A stretch of DNA of 63,999 nt, filler included, from Choristocarpus tenellus KU-1152 (GCA_964200185.2; 12 parts of 12 records of this genome joined end to end with filler, not necessarily neighbours in it); one strand, 5' to 3'; numbered from the whole stretch's first letter, positions 13,498-26,395 are shown. Notes: generated by a model from the letters alone, not told the origin. Numbers and translations are program-made.

Positions 13498-14197
13498 TTT
13501 GCTCCTAGAGGTTACTTTTTGGTTGACTTCGAATCACGTTTGTATGGCTTCGAGGCGGATCAGATCGGGGGGTGATGCGGAATGTAGGTGTAGGACTGTT
13601 ATCATACCGTTATTGTCGTATCCCATATACCGTCATACTGGTTGAGGTTCATTGTCGGGAATCCCAGATTATGGTGGAGGATCTTTCGTGAGATTGAGGC
13701 ATGGAATCTCTTCAAGAGATCAATCCTACAAGTAGTGGATATCTCGTCAGAGATGTCAAACATCGAAGATTCTCTTTATTGCCAAGTCTTGGCATTCTGA
13801 TGATCCACCTTCATGAAATTCTCATTACTCGGGAATTCTCTGCTGTCTTTGCACTTGTCCAACCTTAACCTCGTCCTTTCAGTTACGGTTCGTCTTGGTC
13901 TGTCTTGCCCGGTGATCCCCTTCATTACCCTTGCCTGAGTGAACCATGCCACTACCGAATAATACGATTCACATATGTTGTACATGAGAAGTAGTGCAAT
14001 ATCTTATTTGTAACGCATTGTGTTGTCCCTCTGACCACAGTTCAGGATAGTTCATTGACTCATTGAAGAGAAGGAAGTAAGATGGTACAAGGACACCTCT
14101 GTCCCATCCCAATAAAGTGCATTTCATGTAATGAAGGGGAAGAAGCATCCAAAAAAAGCAATTGCTCCTACAAGTGTTTGGTATACTTTGGACCTTT

Positions 14198-14282
14198 GGG
14201 TCAAAGTATCTGGGGGGGGGGGGGGGGTCGGCGTCCGTTTTTCACCCTTTTTTTGATTTTTACTTTTTTGGGGTGTTTTGGT
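14198..14282 (-). mobile_element. MITE family C (A-related) terminus
   Basis: GGGTCAAAGTATCT-polyG-TCGGCGTCCGTTTTT; matches the reverse complement of 60965-61011 and 23040-23094. Confidence 0.7.
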
Positions 14283-14382
14283 NNNNNNNNNNNNNNNNNN
14301 NNNNNNNNNNNNNNNNNNNNNNNNNNTTAATTAATTAANNNNNNNNNNNNNNNNNNNNNNNNNNNNNNNNNNNNNNNNNNNN

Positions 14383-17300
14383 GGGGATCGTGACCTCAAG
14401 ACAAACTGCGGGAGTGGACCTGCAGCACATCATCCCCTTCCCTCAAAATTTGTGGCGTACAATGGTGACGGTGATGGGGAGGGGTTTCCCTTGTAAAAGA
14501 AACGCTTTCTAACTTGTGCTGCAATGGGTGGATGGATAGATGCATTATTCACTCAAACCCACATCAGGATGGACCTAGAAGGAGGAAATATGTTGAGGAG
14601 GACACGCCAAGAAGATTGTGAAGCCAGCATGGTGTTGACTGGATTGGTTATGAGTGTAGGAGGACTTACACTCGACATTGTTGGTAACCATGACAGCCCA
14701 TCTGAAGCTTTCATGGCACTGACTGAGAGACCACTTTGAAAGAGATGGTATCATGGAAAGAGCAATCTGGAGGACAAAATTACACAAACTGCGTCTACCA
14801 ATTGGGGGGGATCCTGTGGATATTATCCAAGAGATCGAAAAGTTGGTGAAGAAGCTGCAGATTCTTGGTGCCGAACCAGACGAGGAAGAGCAGCTGATAG
14901 TTATTCATAACTGTTTTGTTGTAGAATATATGATTGAAATACATCAGATTTCCAATGTGGGTCGAACGGCAAGATTACAATTACAGAAGAGAGTCTGCTA
15001 ATCATATCTGATGAACAAGAGGTTGGTGGACAGTGGTATTGGGAACCACAATGGAGCGCTTATGTCTACTGGAAGCTCGACTTTCAATCATGGATCGCAT
15101 TCTGCATCATCTGCTGGATATCATGGTAAACATGGTGTAAAATGTTTCAAATGTGGTGGACCGCATTACATGTCTGTCCGTCTTTTTCTTCCCCACCTGT
15201 AACAGGCAAATTTGCTGGTACCTGCTACATTTGTAGCAGATCGGGACACAAAGCTAAAAATTGTCCTGGATGTGCAGTGGCTATGGTGGCAGCTAAACAA
15301 GTTGTAGATGGTGGTACAGCGACTACACAGAGGAAGAGGCGTGGGCGAGGGAAGGCAAATGGTGGAAATAATGGACCGCTGAAGATACTTGGATGTTTCT
15401 CGACGGTGAGGGATGAGAACGTTGAACAGTGGGATGATGTATGGTATTTTGATACTTGATGTTCTGCCCATGTGACTAACAACCCCATTGCTTTGATAGA
15501 CCAACGAACTGTTAGTGGAAAGTCTGTGACTGTTGGTACAGGACAGAAACTTCGAGCTACCATGGTTGGAAACTTACCATTACGTTGTATACAGAATGAG
15601 AAGGTTTATAATTTTGTTCCGTGCAATGTGTTTTGGTTCCAGAGTTAAAGTTCAATCTTTTCTCAATGGTTCAAGCTGGATGTCAATCAGGTGGAGAAAT
15701 TTATTGGTGAGGGGAAAATTCTTTGAAGTTGACCCCATCAGCAGGTGGACCTCCCCTTATTTTTCCATCAACCTGTGGAAAGAATTTTGATTTGTTTACA
15801 TTAAAGGCTAGGAGAAGAATGCCTACAAACCTACACGACCATGTAGACCAACTCCCCCTTACCCACCTGATGAGATCGAAGTGGCATTTGCACTTGGAGG
15901 AACAGCAGCAATTGACCTCGCACCCAAGTGGGGGCTGGAGGTGTCAATTTTGCGCAGGATGGGGATGGAAGTATTGACCTAGCCCAGGAGGGGGGCTAGA
16001 GGAGTCGACTTCGCGCAGGATGAGGCTGGAGGTATTGACCTAGCCCACGGTGGGGCTAGAGATGTCAATCTCGCCCAAGAGGGGAGTGGTGGGGATATCG
16101 ATCAAGAAGGATTGATGATCGAGGCCACTTCATCAGTGGAGATACTGTAGCAATGAGTACACTTCCCCCCGAGGGGGTTGAAGCTAATGGCATTGTCCCA
16201 GAGGGGATTTGTTGGGGGGGAGGGACCTACCCCAAAGATGGCTCCACTAGTATTTGATCCAGGGGGGTCAACTAGTCCAAATGAAACATCAGTGGTGAGT
16301 GTTGAGGAACTGAGTGGAAGTAATGCATATACCATCGACCCTGGGGGGACTGTTGAGGGGGAGGAGCTTGCCTCAAGCATGGGAACTGGTGATACAGAAC
16401 TCGCATTGACATCAGGCAATGATGGACCTCATGAGCTCGCCCAAGGTGGGGCTGGAGCTTTTATCACAGCCCCTTGGGCCCCGAGTGGTGAGATGCGACC
16501 TACTACTAACGTGGATATCAAACAGATGCATACGCAACTCGGTCACTGCCATCAAGCAATGGTACGCAGGTATGCCAAGGGTCGTGGAATTTACTTAACT
16601 GGGGAGTGGCAACAATACTGCAAGGGGTGCGCTATTGGCAAAGCTCATCGGAAACCTGTACCTAAGGTAGCAGAGAGTAAGTCTGACAGACGGTTGGGAC
16701 GGGTGTTCATAGATTTGAGTGGACCAAAGCCGGGGACCACTGAACAGTTGAAGGCAAGGTTGGTGGCACAGGACTTCACTCAACGAGAGGATGTTCAAGA
16801 CATTCAATTATGATAGGCTGCAAGCCTGGGGGAGTGAGAGCTACGTCCAACGAGAGAAACAGCAAAAGGGGGCTGGTTCAAATTTTTACCCATACACTAA
16901 GTGAGGGATCATCATGGGACAGGATTGTACATCACTGTGTTGGTGCATCTAAAGAAGCAGGTACAAGAGTTCGTAGGCAATGTGTTGACTAGATGAATGA
17001 CGTATGTTCGAGTTCAAACAATCAGTGTTCTTTTACTGCGTTGACAAGATGTGATGTGTGTGAGAATTGAACCAATCTGACGTCTTTTACTTCCACTCTC
17101 ATGGGGGAGTGTGCAGAATAGGAGTGTGCACAATAAGATATTTTAGGTAGAGAGTTCCAGCAACTCTTTCATTGCCTGCACTCTCATGGGGGAGTGTGCC
17201 AAATAGGACAATAGTGAGGTGTACCTTATTTTGTGTATATAAGATTATTGTATTGAATTGAGTTCATGTGATGTAATAACTAAGGAGATAGTACATCCGG

Positions 17301-17441
17301 ATTATGCATGGGATTATGTATGGGTATTTATTCCGCGTTCAACTACTTTGACGTAACTGTTGACTTAGCTAGGAAGCACAAATAATAATAAACAAGCAAT
17401 GAGAAGACACCCTACAAAGGTCACTCTTCTAATTTCAACCA
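14383..17441 (+). mobile_element. Internally deleted, degenerate Ty1/copia LTR retrotransposon
   Basis: Gag (RTKLHKLRL...DPVDIIQEIEKL), knuckles CFKCGGPH and CYICSRSGHKAKNC, protease WYFDT*CSAH, pre-integrase HTQLGH...CKGCAIGK and VFIDLSGP fused directly to RT KARLVAQ. PPT ATGGGGGAG at about 17186 and a putative 3' LTR TG...CA at about 17195-17441 containing AATAAA. Confidence 0.88.
15913..16100 (+). repeat. About 30-bp (10-aa) tandem repeats inside the copia pol linker
   Basis: Units translate like GAGGVNFAQD / GDGSIDLAQE / GARGVDFAQD / EAGGIDLAHG / GARDVNLAQE. Confidence 0.7.
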
Positions 17442-18582
17442 TGTAATCGCGTTCAGCAATGGGGAACCGTGTGAGGCTTCACACCTTCTTGTCTTCACTA
17501 CTGACAAATAGCATTACCTCCCAAGGTAAATTGCACAGTTGTAACCTATCGTTTCAGTAAATTGATCATTGCATGTATGTGCAGTACAGATCCTTGCCAA
17601 TTTTATTTATTTTATTTTTATTGGTGTTTGATTTTTATGACTTGTGTGTCTTGGCTGGATCTCGTGGTATCCACATGCCGTAATCCTTTATATAGGTTGA
17701 CCATCTAATTTAGACAAACCGTTTTGTGAAGAGATAACTGGTAACAAATGCGACTCAACCTGTTCATGACCAGCTCTGACTTGGCATCTGGTGTGTACCA
17801 GGTTTATCAATCCTTGCAAATAGACTATACATGTATGTTGGTGGATTTAGATAAATATACAATTAATTTTATCCCCTCAACTCTCCTCGTTGGCATGAGT
17901 GGAAACTTGCAGTGGTGAAGAGATCGTATCACTGGGCACATTACCACATTAGCATTTATGTGCCAGAGGTGGCTGTTCATTACATCATGTCACGTTTTCA
18001 TGAAATGGATTTATTGATCATGAAATGACTAATCCCCTTAAAAAAAAAGAAGTGGAGATTCAAGTCTACCACTAGGTAAGAGATGGAGACTTCAGGTCAG
18101 CCATACATGTTACTTATTTTATTTTTGGAGTGGCATGTTCCCCCTGACATGTTGTAATGATCATACAGTCACCTTCTATCGTTTTAGGAGAGTTGAGCCA
18201 CCAACATCTTCCGAGTTGTCCACTTGGAATATTTTAGTTGTTGTGAACAATATTCCAATAGATGTCAGAAGTGAGGAAGGAGCATGGGTGCACAAATTTG
18301 GTTTAATCGTTTGCTGTATTGATTTGGTCATGTAACACACGATGTTATTTTCACGCATCGGAGTGGTGATCAAATCGTGTTAAAGAATGTGCAGAAGTCT
18401 TGATATTGAAATACGTAGATTGATTCCTTCTCAGTTATGTTGTAGGAGNNNNNNNNNNNNNNNNNNNNNNNNNNNNNNNNNNNNNNNNNNNNTTAATTAA
18501 TTAANNNNNNNNNNNNNNNNNNNNNNNNNNNNNNNNNNNNNNNNNNNNGGATTAGCGCTTGAAGACTAGGCATAGCGAAGCA

Positions 18583-19037
18583 TATGGTCACCATATCCTT
18601 CCGAAATCACACATTTGCATCGAAATCAGAGAGACGTGGTGTTCACCAGTTCCACCGTAGTTCCATCCGAACCGGTGACGTACACATCCTGCCATCAAGA
18701 GCAGAACGAAACCTAACGACGAAGTTCATGTCCTCCGATACACCCACGTTCTGATATGTATCTGAGGAACCAGCTCTCGAGGAAGAAGAGACAGCTCGCT
18801 GCAAGGAACATATGCATTGTGCGAACGCAGCTATCAGAATTCAACGGTCTAGGGTTCTTGCCGTTCATTGTGCACAGGAAGGACATGGTTCAATGGAATG
18901 ACAGGCACCATTCCAGCTACAGGGGGATGTTCAGTGCTGGAGATGAGGTGGTCTTTGTCACTGAAGACTTAGAGGTGATGAGTGCTGCCATCTTTGTTGA
19001 TGGAGTGCCAACTATTCGCATGTCACGGACAGACAAG
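18583..19037 (+). pseudogene. Degenerate repeated coding segment (ORF-X), unknown product
   Basis: Homologous to 63620-63822 (minus strand, MVTISFRNRTFEFEIKET...SRAERNPTTKF). Frameshifted here, and ends at a good donor AAG|GTGAGA at 19037. Confidence 0.5.
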
Positions 19038-19060
19038 GTGAGAAACGCTTTTTATTGTTA

Positions 19061-20958
19061 AGGTGGTACCAGTAGCTTCGCCCTCTGTGGTAATTGTGTT
19101 TTTTTTCACAGGAACGCCACAACAGTTATACAACAATGGATATATCAAATGAAAGCTTATGACAAGAGCTTTTGAAGGTTTGTATCCACGAATGTCCAGG
19201 CAAAAACGCGGGGGAATAGCTCGGCGCAATTTTGAACGTCACCACTTCAAAACAGGCAAAAATGAAGTGGTTGGCTGAACTCCTTGCAAATAATGGTCTG
19301 GGGTATGTCGCTGCCCAAGTTTAGCCGGTGTGGCAATACCAAAAAAAACTCCAAGATTTCCAAACACCCTTTTAACGCCTTTTGCAGACTTTCTGTGAGA
19401 ATACACACACATGACCTACACAACAACATGAACCATGACGGTGAGACAAGGAGAGCCGCCAAGGCCACTCTACCCTCGTCACCTTCTCTGTGGAGAGGCG
19501 ACAAAAACAAGTACCGTGTGACACTCAGTGTGATGTTATGTGACGAGAAGGTGCGAGTAGTGTGGCGTAGTGGCATAATCAAATCGCGAAATGGGTCACG
19601 GGGCCGTGACACTGACGCTGAGAAAATACGAACTGAAAGCATTACCACACAAACGTGGTTGAATCTTCAACCACGTCGGAGAACTGTCCTGCAGTCTCTT
19701 CCACCTCGGGAAAGCAGGAAGAGACCGGCAAGTCCATCACCAGGTGGTACAGTGACGAAGTTTGTGGGAAAGCCTGGGTTACAGCATTTGAAGGGAGAAC
19801 CGGGGTGGCCGCCCGAAGGGAAGATTGGGGAAGAGAGCAGTGCAACTACTTGTGTCATTGCGCTCAGGAGACGCCTAAGCGAAAACCCTGGTGTAGAATG
19901 TCTTAGTAGTCGACAGTTGCAGCAGGCCCTGACGGTCTGGAAGCTGTGCAAGCCAGAGTGGCTTACGGAAACGAGAAAGAAGGTGTTAGGGTTGGGCTAC
20001 AAGGGCTCTGAAGCCCGAAAGAAGGTCGAAAGGGCTCGGAGGAGGAGAGAGCAATAATAACAAAGGCAGCTATGGAGACTTTTCGATACCACCAAATCCT
20101 TTACACAGAGGAGGTCTCGAAGCAGGTGGAGGAAGCCATCGATAAGGATCCAGGGAAGAAGAGGGGGTGAGATTGAAACTATTTGCACACCGATGCTTTG
20201 GTGTCTCCCACTTCTTGCAAGATGCGCCGTACATTCACTTTTGTTTCCTAGACTTGGTGCTGGACGTATAAAGTTGATTAAGGCTTTCTCCTAGCCTGCA
20301 TTCATTCGAGAAATCAACACAATTTTCGATCAACTCAAGCCTGTCCTCCCTCGCCCTTGCGCCTTAATGATAAAATATTACCCGTCCTGGAAACACGGAC
20401 AACGCCCATTCCCGGCGCTCAATGAGGAAATGTGATAGTGAAGGCTCTAACACTTCGAATTATGTATGTGTGTATGAACAAGACCGTCAAACGGCGCTCG
20501 AGATGGCAGCAGGATACGTGATGGTCAGGTCGGAAACTGTGAGTAAAGGGGAGAGAGACTTCCTAACTAAGGGCCACATCAAGGTGTCGGAGCAAGGGCA
20601 CTATGAGAGGAGTTTCGTCCTGGGCCTCGACGAGGACATCCTTGTCGAGGTCAAAGCGTGGGTGGTGCGCGAACACAGAGGAAGAAAGGGTGGGGAGGCT
20701 TTTTTACCGTCTAAACCTTATACTTTAATCAAGTAATAGTGCATCTGTTGCCACTCTTGGTGACCTACAATCCAGGGTTCGAACGCCAATATATGAGGAC
20801 TCTTTCATCAAAAATTAAAAAAATGAAGAAAAAACGAAGCCCTTACTCTGGAGGGTCTTGTGACGGGCATCACGACTATGCTTTTATTTTTTAATCCTAT
20901 GTCTACATCAAAAGTTGTGACGGGACAACCCCAGAGGGCGAAGCTACTGGTACCACTA
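19061..20958 (+). mobile_element. Non-autonomous IS630/Tc1/mariner-type element with TA TSD
   Basis: 25-bp inverted repeats GTGGTACCAGTAGCTTCGCCCTCTG at 19063-19087 and 20932-20956, with TA on both sides. Interior carries an HTH-like remnant DFLTKGHIKVSEQGHYERSFVLGLDEDILVEVKAWV (20422-20736); no catalytic domain seen. Confidence 0.78.
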
Positions 20959-21350
20959 TAGGAAGGGAAACGGTATTCCACACGAATCAATCCGATCTGT
21001 TCATATATACAAACATTATGTCCAATAATGTTCCTTGACGTATAAATTATATTCCCATAATACCCAACCCTAACTTCCAAACCACAATTGTTCGAAGTGT
21101 AATTTTATTGTCCTACTCCACAACCACGATCCTAAACTTTCACAGAATACTTAAAAACGCTCGTAGAGCCATAACCATATCCCATGCCTTCGTTTCGCTT
21201 CCAAAATGTATCCTATATCCAAAATAATATCCTCCGTTGTACCAACACAAACAACTCATACATAACCAAACAAGGCCATCACGCGCAAACATGCCAACAG
21301 TCGCATACACTAACACCACCCCTAAAACGAACATCTTCATGGCGTTGCAG

Positions 21351-22057
21351 GACGCACAACCGGGTCCCCGCGTTGTGCCCCTTTAGGCTCTGCTCGCTTC
21401 TCAAGGAAACTCAGACTTGGGGACACATCCGATGCCAGGTTCGGTCGAGGCACGAGCTTCATCCTATGCGCGAGTGGGGGGACTATCGTACAGGGGGAGG
21501 TCAGTGACGTTCACGTAGATGATTCAGGGGCATACATCTACTCTGTGTCCTACCTTCAAGATGATGGCGAAAACTCTTTGCCCCCTGAACTGAGGTCGTA
21601 CATGACAGAGGACGAAATTGAGGAGGGTGTCGAACAACTTCGGGAGAAAAAGAAGAGGGACAGTGACATGACTGCAGCCCGGGATTTCAGACAACGCCGC
21701 CGGTCGATTGTTGGTCACCATCAGAAGCGTAGGGACAAGAAGGATAACGAGAAATATATCCTCCTCGAACCGACACTGAGGGCTGTGCCGGACTTAGATG
21801 AGGAAGGAACACCCTATGCCAGTGCCAAGGGCAGGGGACTGTACTTCAGGTGGGACGATCAGTGGATGCGAGGGACCGTGACCAAGTACCAGCCCCACTA
21901 CACAGTGAAAGTTGGAGAGGAGCGAGTCAGCTACCTCTACGAGGTTAATTGGGAGAATGGGGTCTTGCAAAATATCCAGCTTCTTGTGGAACGATACAGT
22001 ATAGACCAAGACGCTCCTACACGGACCTGGTTCTGGACAAGTCCAACACTGCCGTGA
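21351..22057 (+). CDS. Terminal exon (about 235 codons) with two Tudor/SH3-like beta domains, probably transposon-associated
   Basis: Frame is open from 21326 to the stop at 22057, with acceptor ttgcag at 21350. Contains GEVSDVHVDDSGAYIYSVSY...MTEDEI and GRGLYFRWDDQWMRGTVTKY...YEVNW...LLVERY...APTRTWF. Domain call is by motif recognition only. Confidence 0.55.
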
Positions 22058-23039
22058 TGCAGACGAGAGACACGGCTTTGAGGAGCTACCCAAGACATTC
22101 TGTTCGTGAGTCACCCTCTACTTCACCTATCAGGCACATGCCTTCACGGACATGTTGTCCTGGAGAGGTCGGGTGTTCTCTAAATCAACAGTTTTTTTAC
22201 ATATAGTATATTCTAATTAACATCTTATAGGGTTTGTAGTGTTCATGTGTCCTCATACGCATGCTTTTCTTCGCCTGGTGGCCATCTGAATTTTATTTGG
22301 ATTGGTGTGTTCTGCCAATCTCCTCTCATACTCATTGCCGTCCCCCATAATGCGTCCTTGGATGAGATAACTAACACATCGAATTGCAATATTTTGGTGT
22401 GTTTGTCCTATAGCCCTGCCTAATGTGATATCAAAATTCCAGAAGCATTGCACCGCAATGGTTATGTCTTCTCTTACTCTGCGTCCTCTGGTGCATACAG
22501 AACCCTTCCAACCCTGATCATGCAAACCGTACTAAGACCGTCTATCTCACACAACTAACCCTCCGAAGTGTATGCAACATGGTGCTAAGACCAATCGACC
22601 CATTGTCTAACACAATAACGATGGCAATCCAAGTGCACCCAATTTTTGCAGGGACATGACCAGGAGTATGCAACCCACAACTCTTCTCCCTCGCCTCTTT
22701 CCTTTGCTCGGGCTAAAGAGCCATTGACTGAAACCTTGCAAAAACAAACTAGATAAAGAAACATCCTGTACTCGATACCACCATCTAAAACACAAGGTGA
22801 CATTTTCACAACAAATAACCCCTCTTCCACAACTAATCCAAACGGCAACAACCACCTAACTACAAATTTTCGAACACACCAACAACGGCAACTATCCTAA
22901 GCCATCATCACACGGATATACACGCACTCAAGCGCCAAGCGCAGGTCCTAAATGCAGTTTGTTCCAAAATACATCAAAAAAGGACAAACCCTCCACGACT
23001 GAAGACAACAATTCCCCGAATTTTTTAACACCACGTCAG

Positions 23040-23094
23040 GGCCGAAACGGACGCTCCCTCACAATCCACACACCTCCCCTAGATACTTTGACCC
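23040..23094 (+). mobile_element. Family C-type right terminus
   Basis: AAACGGACGC...CCCCTAGATACTTTGACCC. Confidence 0.65.
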
Positions 23095-23355
23095 TATGGA
23101 TGAGGCTTAGTTCTCATGTAAATTGGGAGGCGTACAAATTTTGAGATGGTGGGTTGTCATGACTGTGGAAGATAACCGTGCAAAATCGACCAAGTCATAT
23201 TTGATGGGGTTCCAAAACCTAGTGAAATTGTCAAAGCGGGTGTTTATTGGGATGCNNNNNNNNNNNNNNNNNNNNNNNNNNNNNNNNNNNNNNNNNNNNT
23301 TAATTAATTAANNNNNNNNNNNNNNNNNNNNNNNNNNNNNNNNNNNNNNNNNNNN

Positions 23356-23495
23356 GTGTCCATTTGGACCAAAACCACGAAAAGTGCATTTACATTATCC
23401 ATCCAACATATGCAACCAAATCATACAAAAATCGCGACATGAAAAAAATGACCTCAAATGGACAGCCTCCACCCCCCCCCTTGATATTTTGAGTC
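23356..23495 (+). mobile_element. MITE family A, partial
   Basis: A interior plus right end (gatattttgagtc); left end lost at the contig start. Confidence 0.88.
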
Positions 23496-25479
23496 TGAAG
23501 GGTGAAGAATATGTGACTGAGAGGTTCATTTTTCGTGAAGAGCGAAGATGGATTCCTCGTTATTTACTACCCCTCTTCTTCTATAGAAATACTCCAGAGC
23601 GTTTACTTTTATTATACTACCTCTTACTATATGGTCATAGCATTCTTGACATTTTGATATGCCAATGAAGGAACTAAGGTAGATATACATGGTTGAAATA
23701 GACCGTAGCTCTGTAGGTCTTAATGAAAATTGACACCCATAGTATCACTGGGGGGGTCATGCGTCCATTCGGGGCCTTTGTAACTCTGTAGTCACTTTCA
23801 TATCATTAGGGCGAACGTATCAGATGTAAGAGCAATTTCCTTGATCTGAATGTACCTTCCTTTTCCACGCCCTTGCCTGAACCAGATCCGAAGAAAGCTC
23901 CCCACAAAACGGGCATCAAACTGATGTGTTTCACAATACCCCATCAAGTCCTCAATGGACGATGTGGGGTAAGTGCCTCCAGCAGCAAATGGTCAATATC
24001 AATACCCCTCTAAAGTGCTCTAATTCGAAATTTCAGGATTAGTCGGAGGCCTGCCAGGTTAAACACCTCTATTTTGTACCTCGGTATTATTTCTGATGCA
24101 CTCTAGAACTGATTGCTTGGTACATTCTAGGTGCTTGACTTTCTCTCCTCATCACTACTCCTGTAGTATTGGAGTATTTGTTTCCTCTTGCATGCTTTTT
24201 TTTCTTTCGTTTGCAGTTCTGCATTGTCTCCCCAATTTTCTGCATCAGCGTTTCAAATAGGGTTTCGGTATAGTTGGTGGTAACGTATGACTAACAGAAA
24301 ACTGTTCACAGCAGTATATTGAGAAAAGTCCACCGCGATTCATGTGTCACCATTTTGGGCCTGATATGACTCAAGTGGACTTTACTTTAAAGAGCCTGTG
24401 ACGGCTCCAAGAAACGGTATATAACTAGCGTAATCAGAGCTTTTACATCCTATCTTATTCACTCAGGTTTGACATTGTATCCCTGCCATGTTATGTGTGC
24501 GCAGCAGAATCCAAAATGACAGAGAACAGGAACAACAGATCACAACACCTATCAGTCAGGGAATTGCCAAGAACCCGTCTGCATCACAGGTATTGAGGCG
24601 AAAGCACTCAAACAACTCATTTTCGCCATGTGCAGCATTGTGGATAGACCTACTCTACACTCTCATCCTTCGCCTCCAAATCAAGAAGATGCGGTAGCAC
24701 TTCAACTAGGGAAGGTGGAGGAAGACTCGTCCCTCCACTCCATCTCCACTACCACCCTGGTTCACCGACTCATCTTCTGACAATTCACTCCCTTCGTCAT
24801 CACCCCACACTAGTTGTAATTCTAACACTTGCCACTTCCAGTACCTCATCCGTAACGTCCCATGGCCAGGTCTGAACTACATCTTCCTGCTCTTTTGGTT
24901 GTAGCCATTCCTGAACCTTAGTGATGCTGCTGTTAACCCGAAGCTTGCCAGCCCTGATGTGGACATTTGCTTTCTCCACTAAAAGCCAAGCTCTTTCTTT
25001 CGCCCTTTCGACTTGCAAGAAGCTGCTTCTGAAGCTCTTTCTTGCTGGCTTCAATTCGTGTGATGGTCCTCATCACCCCATCTGGTTCCATATTGCCACA
25101 AATTCCATGAAGGTAGTGTCCACGCCAAAATGTATGCCCAGTGAAGTATGGTGGTCCCTGTGTGATGGCAGGAATGAGACAGTGGACTTTTGCAGCGCAC
25201 AATGTGACCAAAATGTGAAAGAGGTAAATGGGAAGGGCATTACCTGGCGGTGTGTGACCACAAACCGAGTTCTCGCCACTGTTGGCATGGCATGTGTGTC
25301 CACTATAACGCAAGTTTGCCTCATATTTCCCAAAAATCGTGTTAGACCATCAAAATAATTTGACTTGGTCCAACCCAAAATGCCTGACAGACCTTAAAAT
25401 GGTGCCGCTTCTGTCGTATGTATGAACTAGTCAGGTTTGCTTTCCTTATGAATTCTGGATTATAAATTAGCCTTGTCGT

Positions 25480-25760
25480 GATCTAAAATATTTCAGAGGG
25501 TAGAGCCATGTCTGTTCGGGGTCATAATCCAATGTTAGGATTTTGGTGTAATTTGACTATCGCCTTTGTTTGCAAGTGTAAATATCCTTGCTCCGGACAC
25601 ACCTTTCAGAGTCGCGTAAATTCACCTACTCCGCGAAATGTTTCGGAATACGTAACTGTGTTCACAGAAAACCGAAAAAAGGGTACAAAACACTGGTGGG
25701 AAGCCAAGCCCCAACCAAACAAACCGAGGTAGTCTCCTATCCTCTGAAATAATGCTGTGA
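25480..25760 (-). mobile_element. Diverged MITE family B variant
   Basis: gatctaaaatatttcagagggtagagcc ... aatatccttgctccggacacacc ... aagccaagcccc ... ctatcctctgaaat. Confidence 0.75.
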
Positions 25761-25924
25761 ATCCTAAAAATACACTTTTTGGACTTTGTTAGCGAGCATG
25801 ACAGTCTGCCGCACTCGATAAATTATACTGTTTTAGAGTTCTTAGAAAAATTGCTTCCAACGCATTTTTTTGTGCCTACTCACATAAACTTATTTTCTGG
25901 AAGCTGATAAAAATTAGCATCACA

Positions 25925-26395
25925 CCTTCGCGGTGGAAAGTTTTGGGTACCTTGGTAAGCAAGCAGAAGGTTTTCTGGATGAGTTGGCTACAAACGCGGT
26001 AGGAGGGAGAGGGGCAGAAGGTCACAGCGGGAAAGGGGATGTCAAATCTCGTCTATGACAGGTAGTGTCTGTCACAACACAAGTGGCTCTACTAGACGTG
26101 TCATGCGTATTAAGCTGGAGACACCAAGGAGGTGGGCAAGGAGGGGCTTGTTAGATAATTGGGATGCTTCCCTAACTTCTCACCCTGAGGTGCAGGACTA
26201 AGCTAGGTCGGAGGCACAGGAGGGCAGTGGTGTAGCATACCTGGTAATAAGAATAGGAAATAGATTATAGTTGTTTTCACATTTACGACAACTGTTCCTT
26301 TTTTAGGGGTTGTTTTGATATGTGAATAGTTTTCATTATTTTTTCCCCTGACACGTCTCCAAAATGTCAGAGAGGGCATAATAAAAAATAATAAT
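25925..26395 (+). mobile_element. 5'-truncated CRE-like (RLE) non-LTR retrotransposon
   Basis: TFAVESFGYLGKQAEGFLDELA...VGGRG...VKSRL*QVVSVTTQVA (RLE C-terminus), then a 3' UTR and (AAT)n tail. Confidence 0.8.

Noticed and set aside
19037-21351. Direct splice of ORF-X to the Tudor-like exon
   Set aside because: The donor is phase 0 and the best acceptors (21350, 21386) need phase 1. Kept only as a hypothesis.
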